Assembly: GCA_963729895.1 (NCBI GenBank)
Contig: CAVSQB010000005.1
Coordinates: 96,001 to 160,000, forward strand
DNA from: an uncultured Fibrobacterota bacterium
GTDB taxonomy: Bacteria > Fibrobacterota > Chitinivibrionia > Chitinivibrionales > FEN-1185
Length of the DNA stretch: 64,000 nt
Direction of reading: 5' to 3'
Shown: in pieces, positions 49,001 to 57,676 of the stretch
Position numbering within the stretch: the stretch's first letter is position 1
Layout of the letters: each line of letters begins with the position of its first letter
Translations under genes and position numbers: made by a program
The notes under the pieces: model-generated
Database searches by the model: none
The model's input: the letters and a program-made list of their open reading frames with translations, nothing else
What the model was told of the DNA's origin: nothing

Positions 49001-50107
49001 GGAGTTGGTGAAGCGGTTGGCGAGGCAGCATAATGAGTATCATGTTTGAGTTGATATTGGATGAACCGACTGGAAAAATGTTAAATATGCCGCTTGCGTT
49101 TGAGACATTTTAAGACAAGCGAAGCCATGGATACAAGTTCGAAAGGATCACCTATGAATTTAATGTCATCAGAGTACTCTGCTGCTCTTGGCGTCTTTTC
49201 GGACTTGAATAATCGCGCAGTAACATTGGGAATTCAGGCCACAGCACTTGCTTTTCCAGCATATTTGCCGATGCTTTCATCTGCAGTGTCTGGATATTCT
49301 GAATATCTTAGGACATCTCTATCTTCATCTTCGGCACAGTATCTGCCAAGTATTGATTCATCCTCTTCGGCATATCTGCATACCGCTCGCACTGCGACCA
49401 CCGCAATTACCGGCCTAATGACGTCGGACAGCCTTATTGCTCTTACTTCTATCGGTGCCAAACAATCATCATCGTGGCTTGGAACTGTAGATCCACTATA
49501 TATTGGCTGTGCCGGAGTATTTCCAACTCGCAATCCGAGCGACTATGGAATTGCAGCCATTAGCCCATTGGTCCATTCAAACTCGGCTTTTTCTGTTCAC
49601 AATAATTACATGGTGCCCGGCGACCTGAGTGGAATCTGTGCCAGTTCTCATCTCACTAAAATGGGAGCAACTTCGCTCTTATCGGAAAGCCTTCTAGGTG
49701 GTCTTAATCCCGAGATTATCGGTTCGCAAATCAGAATAGCATCTCCGGAGCGTAAACTACTGGCGGATTCACTAACATCAATATCGTCTTCCTACGCCTC
49801 GCTTTTCGGCTCCGTAGATGCTTCCATTACAGGCTTGACTGATAGAACTCTTTATGGGATCTCTAGCGCACCCATGCAATATTATACGGCAACCGATTTT
49901 TGCCGAACAATTTCGACAGATGTTGCCCGTTCTAGAGATACAGAACTTTTTTCCAATAATGTGTTGGCCGAAACAAGACAGGCAACTATCCAAAATTTGC
50001 CACGCATAGGAAGTGACTTGTTGCCGTTGTGGGAGGGAGCAAATCGTTCTCTTGAATCGGACAATCCCGACAGGATTCGGCATTTTTCCACTTCTATTAG
50101 AGAATTA

Positions 50108-50653
50108 GTCTGCCCAATAAACCCCCAGACTCCAGTCTGGGGATGGATGGGCTGTCAAGACGATGTGGACAACAACGTATTTTGAGTAAATGAGATTTCG
50201 GAAGGGCACCCATTGCGTATACAGAACAGAATACCACATCGTCTTGACTCCTCGATATCGTCGTCGGATATTCGTGACAGGGGTGAAAGAATATTTGGAA
50301 AAGGTACTGAAGCATCTTGATGGGATGGACGACGATATCGAGGTAATCCGGGCCAATGTCCAGCTGGACCATGTACACATGGTGGTAATGATTCCGCCGC
50401 GGATATCTGTCGCAAGCGTAGTGCAGTTCGTGAAATCGCGGACGGGGAAATTACTGCCGGAGCGATTTCCAAGCATAGGGAAGGCGATACGCGGCGGCGG
50501 AATCTGGTCGCGCGGGTACTGTGTTTCAACCATAGGACTTGACGAGAGAACGATCATAAGCTACGTTGAACACCAAGGACGTGAAGATTGTGGCGCTATC
50601 CAGCTGGATCTTGGCCTGGAATAATGCCGCCGACTCCTGTCGGCGGTCTTTTA
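50108..50653 (+). mobile_element. IS200-group element, 546 bp, tnpA only
   Basis: Subterminal hairpins CCCCAGACT-CC-AGTCTGGGG (50123-50142) and CCGCCGAC-TCCT-GTCGGCGG (50627-50646); TTA at both junctions; splits a gene. Confidence 0.92.
50190..50624 (+). CDS. tnpA: IS200/IS605-family Y1 (HUH) transposase
   Basis: YHIVLTPRYRR, DHVH (HUH), IWSRGY, YVEHQ (catalytic Tyr). Confidence 0.96.
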   Translation: MRFRKGTHCVYRTEYHIVLTPRYRRRIFVTGVKEYLEKVLKHLDGMDDDIEVIRANVQLDHVHMVVMIPPRISVASVVQFVKSRTGKLLPERFPSIGKAIRGGGIWSRGYCVSTIGLDERTIISYVEHQGREDCGAIQLDLGLE

Positions 50654-51024
50654 CTCACCCATGTTATTCACCGTCTTGCGCCTGATGAGAGCATTCGAAA
50701 ATGGAATGCTGACCCTCATTTGTATCACGAAAACAGGCCTACGCGCCAAGCAAGATTGCTTTATATTTCGCGCGACATTAACCATAAGCCTTTGGAGGAT
50801 TTCATTAGGAAAGACGTTTCTTCCACAATTGAATTCATTAATGTTTTCCAAAACGCAACGCACAGCATAGCCTCATCATTGACAGAGAAACAATTGTTAG
50901 CCCTCAAAGCACGCGCTGAGGCTACTATCAATTATTTAATCGAACTTGCTATGCCTGAATCATGATCATAATGTGATTTGTAGCAATACAAATCAAACTC
51001 AAATAATCCCCTGGAGAACCAGAA

Positions 51025-51396
51025 ATGCCCAATCAACCCCTCATCAAATGGCTTCCCGAACCCGAAGACCACGACTATCCCGCCGCCCTGTCGTACCTGT
51101 CCCTTCTCTACGACAAGCAGACCCGCGAAGCCTGTGTAAAGAAGCTCAAACGAAAGTCGATTTCAGAATTCAAAGCAAAGGACATTTTCAGGGCGTCCAG
51201 TTTGTCCCTGCTCGGAATCAGCAATGCTCATGTCGAGGGCGACCGGAAGAAGATACAGATGGGGCAGGGGTTGTCGCCGCTCCTTCTGGTCCGCGATCCC
51301 GGCAACGGAAGAGTGGTCATTGCGGACGGATATCACCGGTTATGCGCGGTTTATTCCTATGATGAAGATGCGGTAATTCCATGCAAAATTGTATAG
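51025..51396 (+). CDS. Small conserved hypothetical protein with ParB/Sulfiredoxin-like motif
   Basis: PLLLVR..VVIADGYHRLCA; GGAG RBS. Confidence 0.75.
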   Translation: MPNQPLIKWLPEPEDHDYPAALSYLSLLYDKQTREACVKKLKRKSISEFKAKDIFRASSLSLLGISNAHVEGDRKKIQMGQGLSPLLLVRDPGNGRVVIADGYHRLCAVYSYDEDAVIPCKIV

Positions 51397-51500
51397 CACC
51401 TTATGGCGGGAAGTTATTTCTTTGGCAAGACTCATGATAAGGTGTGTGTACGGACCTCATTAATCAAGGCATCTGCATCCCTTTTTCAAAGGAGACCACA

Positions 51501-53543
51501 ATGCCTTTCCGATCCTTCCCAATTCTGGCCGTCCTTGCAGCACTCACCTCCTTCACAGCATCCACTCTCCACGCCCAGATCATTCCTCCCGACCGCCGTA
51601 TCACCTGGGAAGGCAACATCGGCATTCCCAACGGCGTTCCAAGCAGAACGACGGTTTCCGCCACAATCAGCGCTGCAACCTATGGCAACGGAACAAACGA
51701 TGCAACAGCCGGAATTCAAACCGCGCTCAACAATTGCCCGGCAAGCCAGGTGGTGTTTCTGCAGGCAGGTACGTATCGGATCAACACCAGCCTCCACGTT
51801 CCCTCAAATGTTACGTTGCGCGGAGCAGGCCCCCAGCAAACCATCCTTGACGCGCACGGTACCGGCGAAGCCGTGATCAGCTTCGGTCAGGATGCAACTC
51901 CCTATGCCGCCAGCTCAATTGCGATAACCGGCGGAACGACGGCCGGTTCAAACAGCATCACGCTCGCGAGTGCAACAGGCGTGAGCGTCGGGTCTTATCT
52001 GTTAATTACAGAACTCAACGACACGGGTTTCGTCACCATCCAGGGCGGAGAGGGAAGCTGCACCTGGTGCGACGGCGGCCTGGGATGGAACGGCACGCGC
52101 AGCCTTGGCCAGATCGTGGAAGTGATATCCGTCAACGGCACGAGCATCGGTGTTGCGCCGCAGCTGTATATTGCCTACAACGCCGCGCTTTCCCCGCTTG
52201 CCACGCCGTTTTCGGCGGGCGCCAAATACGCGGGCGTGGAAGATCTCCAGGTGTACATGAACAATACCGGTTACACCTCAAACATCATCATGAATGGTTC
52301 GGCGTATTGTTGGGTAAAGGACATTGAAAGCAACTATACGGACGGCGATCACTTTCGCGCGTTCTGGGCATACCGCTGCGAGGTCCGCGACAGTTATTTC
52401 CACGACGCATTCGCCCATACGCCGGGCCAGACCGACGCCGATGTTTTCATTGCGGACAAGTCGAGCGGAGTGCTGATTGAGAACAACATCATGAGGCGCA
52501 TGCATGTGTCAATCATGCTCAACTGGGGGGCGGCGGGTAACGTGATAGGCTACAATTACTCGGCAAATGATTTCGACCAGAGTGCGTACAACGTGGTTAT
52601 GGGCGATCTATCCATGCACGGCTCGCACCCCATGTTCAATTTATACGAAGGCAATATCGCGACCTCGTTCCATCCCGACGGCATCTGGGGATCCAACAGC
52701 CATAACACGCTGTTCAGGAGCTGGCTTCTGGGGACGACAAAGATAAGCAACCCTCTGTCCGGCCGCGGCGTCGAGCAAACAGATTCCACGTGGTGGGCCT
52801 GCCAGGCAAACAGGGCGGTTAACGTGGATTTTGCCGGACGGTATTATAATATCATCGGCAATGTGGCGGGATCAACGGATCTGCTTCAGTTGACGTCATA
52901 TAACAATGGGACGAATCGCATTCCTGCGGTGTCAATGATCATCGCGCCCCAGTACCGCTCCTACGATGCGACCACGTACTGTTACTGCTTTGGCTACAGC
53001 GAGGCAAGCGATGACGGCACCTCGGGAACATACCCCGAAGACAACAGGCTTCCCTTCACAACTGCCTTGCTTCACGGTAACTATGATTATGCCTCCGATT
53101 CTGTCAAGTGGGACCCTGCCATTTCCGATCATGATCTTCCTGCCTCCTTATACCTTCCTGCAAAGCCGGCCTGGTGGGGAACCATGCCTTGGCCGCCAAT
53201 CGGCCCGGACGTAAATCCGATGGTCAATGAAATTCCGGCCCAGGTTCGATTTGGAAGCGGTTTGAAGGCCGTCAGCGTCGGGTCACCGAAAATACCCGGC
53301 CGCGCTTTTGGTTTTACCCTGATCAGTGCCACTCGAATAAGCTACCTGATACCAACGTCGAGTCAGGTGAAATTGGAGGTTTTTGATGCGGCCGGGAAGC
53401 TCATCCAAACGCTGGTAAACGATCGTCGAGAAGCCGGCACTCACACGGTTTCGTGGAACGCAAAGGGATTGAGTGCCGGTGTTTATATCTGCAGGCTTGC
53501 AGCGGGGGATTTGATGGATGCGAGAAAAGAGGTTGCACGATAA
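51501..53543 (+). CDS. Secreted pectin-lyase-fold protein with T9SS-type CTD, paralog 2
   Basis: AAGGAG RBS, signal peptide, AGTYR..VTLRGAG, GVEDL, NLYEGN, HGNYDY; CTD (VKLEVFDAAGK..WNA..GVYICRL). Confidence 0.87.
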   Translation: MPFRSFPILAVLAALTSFTASTLHAQIIPPDRRITWEGNIGIPNGVPSRTTVSATISAATYGNGTNDATAGIQTALNNCPASQVVFLQAGTYRINTSLHVPSNVTLRGAGPQQTILDAHGTGEAVISFGQDATPYAASSIAITGGTTAGSNSITLASATGVSVGSYLLITELNDTGFVTIQGGEGSCTWCDGGLGWNGTRSLGQIVEVISVNGTSIGVAPQLYIAYNAALSPLATPFSAGAKYAGVEDLQVYMNNTGYTSNIIMNGSAYCWVKDIESNYTDGDHFRAFWAYRCEVRDSYFHDAFAHTPGQTDADVFIADKSSGVLIENNIMRRMHVSIMLNWGAAGNVIGYNYSANDFDQSAYNVVMGDLSMHGSHPMFNLYEGNIATSFHPDGIWGSNSHNTLFRSWLLGTTKISNPLSGRGVEQTDSTWWACQANRAVNVDFAGRYYNIIGNVAGSTDLLQLTSYNNGTNRIPAVSMIIAPQYRSYDATTYCYCFGYSEASDDGTSGTYPEDNRLPFTTALLHGNYDYASDSVKWDPAISDHDLPASLYLPAKPAWWGTMPWPPIGPDVNPMVNEIPAQVRFGSGLKAVSVGSPKIPGRAFGFTLISATRISYLIPTSSQVKLEVFDAAGKLIQTLVNDRREAGTHTVSWNAKGLSAGVYICRLAAGDLMDARKEVAR

Positions 53544-53784
53544 CTGGGATGATTCGTCGTCGGACTGAATCCCATAGCGAGCGACTATAGATATGCTTTT
53601 TTCCAAAGGGATGGAAGATTGCAGGCTGCTCACTGGGGTGTATCCCCACAAGGGGACTTCCAAGGGTCGCATCCTGTGGTAATCGCGGTCTTCGCAGCTT
53701 GCTGCGAGGTTCTTCAATTGACAAAGGTGGACAAGATCCTTCCACCTTTGATGACGAAACGAAGGAGCTGTTAAAGGGGGCTTC

Positions 53785-55440
53785 ATGCCAGACAGACGTG
53801 GAATAGCAAAACGGGGAATATGGGGAATTGCGGTAATCGTCGGCCTCAGTTGCTTTGTCTTGAGGGAATCAGCTCAGGGCCAGGCTTACCCGGTCAAGGT
53901 GAGCGCAAACAAACGATACCTCGTTGACCAGAACAATGTTCCCTTTCTGATCGCCGGCGATGCGCCGCAGTCGCTCATGGTGAACATCTCGGAGGCTGAC
54001 GCGGACACGTATTTTGCGGACCGCGCGTCGCACGGTTTTAATTCCCTGTGGATCAACCTGCTCTGCGCGGATTACACGGGCGGACGAACCGACGCCAGCA
54101 CCTTTGACGGCATCCTTCCCTGGACCACGGCCGGCGATCTCTCCACGCCCAACGAGGTTTACTTTTCCCACTGCGACCGGGTGCTTGCGCTTGCGGCAAA
54201 CCACGGTCTCCAGGTCTTCCTCGATCCGGCCGAGACCGGAGGCTTTCTCAGCGTGATGCTCGCCAACGGAGTTGCCAAGTGCCGCACTTACGGCAGGTTT
54301 CTCGGCAACCGCTACAAAAGCTTCGACAACATCGTCTGGCTGAGCGGCAACGACTACCAGAACTGGAGCAGCGCAGCGAACGATTCGGTGGTGACCGCGG
54401 TGGCGCTTGGCATCAAGGACAATGACACGCGCCACATTCACACCATCGAACTCAATTATCTCGTGAGCGGGTCGCTTGACGACCCGAACTGGGCGCCGAT
54501 AGTCTCGCTGAACGCTTCGTACACGTATTATCCAACATACGCCCAGGTGCTCAAGGATTACAACCGGACAAACTTCCAGCCTGTTTTTCTTATTGAGGCA
54601 AATTACGAGTTCGAAAGCCTCCAGGGCCCGGTGACAACCGCGGTCATCCTGCGGCGGCAGGAGTATTGGACTAACCTCTCCGGTGCAACGGGACAGTTTT
54701 ACGGCAACGGGTATATCTGGCCCTTCAAATCCGGCTGGAAGGACAATCTTGTCACCCCGGGCGCGGTCCAGATTGCCTTTGTCAAGGCACTATTTGAATC
54801 GCGGCCGTGGTACAACCTTGTGCCGGACACGGCCCATTCCGTTATGACCGCCGGGTACGGCGCCTTTTCGAGCACGGGCCATGTCGCGGACAACTATTGC
54901 GCGACCGCGGCGCGCACGCCTGACGGCGACCTGGTGATGGCGTATCTTCCATCCGGCCAGACAATAACCGTGGACATGACGAAACTCAGTTCGTCCGCAC
55001 ATGCCCAGTGGTACGATCCAGCCAGCGGGACCTACACGGCAATTGCGGGCTCGCCCTTTCCCAACACCGGCACGCGGAATTTTGCGCCGCCCGACACCAA
55101 TAGTGCAGGGGACAAGGATTTTGTCCTGGTGCTTGAGACCGGGACTTCCGTGTTGAGCCATAGGAGTACCCATGTTCCGGACGACATTATTGTAAAAGCG
55201 ACTTATAACCGCGCAACCGAGGAAATTGAGATTGTTCTCCATGGTAAAGGCAATGTTTCCGAGGTTGGCATATTTAATGCGGCCGGCAGACGAGTGGCGG
55301 TTTTGACGGCTGGCGCGTCCCATCAGCAGGGGACATGCACGTTCAGGTGGAACGCCTCCGCTTCGCCGTGCGGTCTGTATATGGTCCGGGCGCAGTCGGG
55401 AGGCATAACGGTTGTACGGCCGTTTGTGAAGACAAAATAA
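53785..55440 (+). CDS. DUF4038/apiosidase-like glycoside hydrolase + putative collagen-binding domain + T9SS-type CTD
   Basis: RYLVDQN..PFLIAGD, NIVWLSGND, IEANYE, WYDPASG..DFVLVL, CTD IFNAAGR..GLYMVR. Confidence 0.85.
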   Translation: MPDRRGIAKRGIWGIAVIVGLSCFVLRESAQGQAYPVKVSANKRYLVDQNNVPFLIAGDAPQSLMVNISEADADTYFADRASHGFNSLWINLLCADYTGGRTDASTFDGILPWTTAGDLSTPNEVYFSHCDRVLALAANHGLQVFLDPAETGGFLSVMLANGVAKCRTYGRFLGNRYKSFDNIVWLSGNDYQNWSSAANDSVVTAVALGIKDNDTRHIHTIELNYLVSGSLDDPNWAPIVSLNASYTYYPTYAQVLKDYNRTNFQPVFLIEANYEFESLQGPVTTAVILRRQEYWTNLSGATGQFYGNGYIWPFKSGWKDNLVTPGAVQIAFVKALFESRPWYNLVPDTAHSVMTAGYGAFSSTGHVADNYCATAARTPDGDLVMAYLPSGQTITVDMTKLSSSAHAQWYDPASGTYTAIAGSPFPNTGTRNFAPPDTNSAGDKDFVLVLETGTSVLSHRSTHVPDDIIVKATYNRATEEIEIVLHGKGNVSEVGIFNAAGRRVAVLTAGASHQQGTCTFRWNASASPCGLYMVRAQSGGITVVRPFVKTK

Positions 55441-55728
55441 TGCTGCCCCGTAAACAAGCGCCAAGGATGAAATGATCCAGTTTCGCCCATGAGATACATC
55501 CCGAAAGCACCATGTATCGTGAGCGTAACATGTCCATACACATTTTGCAGCGTCGCTTTCTTGGCATGGAATGCAAAGCAAAACCTGAAAGGATTCATTA
55601 TTATATAAGTAGTGTGAATAGAGTAAGAAAAAGTCAAATTCTCTTTATTGGTTATTTCTTGCATCGTTTTCCCGACCGCGTATATTACCGGTTAGTACTC
55701 TAAACTAAGCAGGATAAATTCTATCCGC

Positions 55729-57375
55729 ATGAATCTTCTCATCAGGGGTTCGTTCAAGCCTTTAAGCCTGATGGCTTCTGCGGGCCTTTTTTTATCTCCG
55801 GTCCAAGCCGCCGACATCAACCTGACCGGCACGGTCAAGGATTCTTCAACGCAAAAGCCCATCAGCGGCGCCTCCGTCGGCCTTGTGAACCAACTGTTTT
55901 CAACTTTGACAGACGTGAATGGCTCGTACGTGCTGAGCGGTTCATCCGTACGTTTTTCCGGAAGCGTGAGGAATCAGATCATCCAAACTCCGTATTTCAG
56001 CCGGAACCGTATTCTTTTCGGCGTTGCCGATGACGGCGAGCGGGTCCGCATCGATCTCTACGACGTGTCGGGCCGGCGCGTGGCGTCCATTGTTGACAAG
56101 AGCCTCGGCCAGGGGAATTACGGGCTGAATCCGTTCCTTCCGGGACTCGCCGGCCAGCTGTATTTTGTCAAGATCCAGGCAGGCGCCCGGACCGCCATGA
56201 TCAAAATCCCGTATGTGAACAATGCGGCCGGCGGTTCAGGTTCGCTTGGAAAAGCTGGGGGAGGGCTCGAACCCGGCGCCGGGCTTGCCAGGATCGCGGC
56301 CGTCAGCGACACGCTTGTCGTTTCCGCCGCAGGCTACACAACCGCCCGCCTGGCCATTGCGTCCTACACCGGGGAAAACGACGTTGCGCTTGTTGCAGGC
56401 AGGGGACACCCCGGCACAATTTCGTATGATAACGGGTCGTACCAAAGCTGCCTGGTGCCGCTGGTCATTACGGTCGTTGACTCCGATCTTGCGGCTGCAA
56501 CAATCCCGGTGAAGGTGAAAAGCACCACGGACACCGCCGGCATCACGGTTCTTCTGAAGAAAATCGCCGGTGCTGCCGGGACGTATTCGGATAGCGTCTG
56601 GTTCACTATCGATAACTCCGATTCGGCGAGGCGCCGCATAGAGGTGAGGGATGGCGATGCCGTCACCGCCTTGTACCAGGATGCATCGCCGAAGGCGGTC
56701 GATTCCGTAACCACCATCTGGGCCGGCGTGATCGGTATTGTCCAGCCCGGCGGTTCGCCGGTTCTGGGCGTGGTTCGGCCGCTGTCGATTCACGTCTGGG
56801 ATTCCGACGTCACGGATTCCACGCTTGCGGTACACGTTTCCAGCGGGAAAGAGAAGACCGGGTTTCCGGTCATTTTGCATGCCGCAAGCGGGTCTGCCGG
56901 CGATTTCTTCGGCCACATCTGGTTTTCCCTCAAGGGCTCCGTTCCGGACAGCGTTCTCGCGGTGATGGGCGCAACTTCCGACACCGTTTTGATTGTCTAT
57001 CATGACCAGACCCCCGCTCAAGATGTTGCTGCCCCTGCCTGCATATGGCTGCCGGTGCTTGGCGTCATGTTTCTGGACTCGGCGGCGTATCACGGAACGG
57101 GCAGCCTCATGACTATCAACTTGAGCGACGACGACATAGCCGACAGCTCGGTAGTGGTCGGCATCGTAAGCCGTAAAGACCCGGTCGGCATCAAAGACAC
57201 CCTGCGGGTGACGGGCGGAACGATCAGAAATTTCATCGGTACGGTCGGATTTACAACAGGGACTTCACGTCCAGGGTTCATATCCGTGCAGGACGGGGAT
57301 TCGGTGGTTGTTTCCTATCAGGACGATTCGCCCGTGCAAACGGTGACCCAATCGGCGACGTGGAGCTCGAAATAG
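55729..57375 (+). CDS. Secreted protein: N-terminal nested beta-sandwich module + three ~105-aa Ig-like repeats
   Basis: Signal peptide; repeats share I.V.DSD, S..D..G, V.F, D.V...YQD..P, W. Confidence 0.8.
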   Translation: MNLLIRGSFKPLSLMASAGLFLSPVQAADINLTGTVKDSSTQKPISGASVGLVNQLFSTLTDVNGSYVLSGSSVRFSGSVRNQIIQTPYFSRNRILFGVADDGERVRIDLYDVSGRRVASIVDKSLGQGNYGLNPFLPGLAGQLYFVKIQAGARTAMIKIPYVNNAAGGSGSLGKAGGGLEPGAGLARIAAVSDTLVVSAAGYTTARLAIASYTGENDVALVAGRGHPGTISYDNGSYQSCLVPLVITVVDSDLAAATIPVKVKSTTDTAGITVLLKKIAGAAGTYSDSVWFTIDNSDSARRRIEVRDGDAVTALYQDASPKAVDSVTTIWAGVIGIVQPGGSPVLGVVRPLSIHVWDSDVTDSTLAVHVSSGKEKTGFPVILHAASGSAGDFFGHIWFSLKGSVPDSVLAVMGATSDTVLIVYHDQTPAQDVAAPACIWLPVLGVMFLDSAAYHGTGSLMTINLSDDDIADSSVVVGIVSRKDPVGIKDTLRVTGGTIRNFIGTVGFTTGTSRPGFISVQDGDSVVVSYQDDSPVQTVTQSATWSSK

Positions 57376-57479
57376 TTAAGCCTATGGTTTATTGACAGAT
57401 GATTCATGCTTGACGATTGGAAGTCGTGCCTGATAGGTGCGACCGCGAACAAAAGAATGTGAATATATTCTTCTGCCAA

Positions 57480-57624
57480 GCGTTAGGCCGGACTGGAGGC
57501 CGCGCTGGAGCGCGGTGCCCCTGACCCGGTCGCGTACTCGCGGCATAGGGCCGAGGCGGCCCGAGGGCGTGCCCGAGACCGAAAGGACGGCCGACCCGCG
57601 CCCCAAAGGGCGCGGGAAACGCCC
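57480..57624 (-). ncRNA. Flavo-1-like structured element, copy B
   Basis: Reverse complement reads GGGCGTTTCCCGCGCCC-TTTG-GGGCGCGGGTCGGCC...GCCCTATGCC...CCGGGTC...GTCCGGCCTAACGC. Confidence 0.65.
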
Positions 57625-57676
57625 AAGTAAAAACGCTTGAAACAGATTTAACCATCATCCGGAGGCATAAATAACC

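Larger units (their letters stand above)
49154..50965 (+). pseudogene. pPIWI_RE_Y-like (predicted pPIWI-associating nuclease) domain gene interrupted by IS200
   Basis: Removing 50108-50653 joins ...NPDRIRHFSTSIREL to LTHVIHRLAPD..W..RPTRQARLLYI in frame (421 aa); AAAGGA RBS before 49154. Confidence 0.8.

Noticed and set aside
50105..50653. TTA as a target-site duplication
   Set aside because: HUH transposases do not make TSDs; better explained by similar left and right cleavage sites
55517..55531. LacI-type operator-like GTGAGCGTAACA
   Set aside because: Imperfect, single occurrence, and no regulator in the window
46539..57624. Integron attC sites (GCCTAAC / GTTAGGC core)
   Set aside because: The core motif is at the wrong end relative to attC layout, the copies are inverted rather than tandem, and there is no integrase
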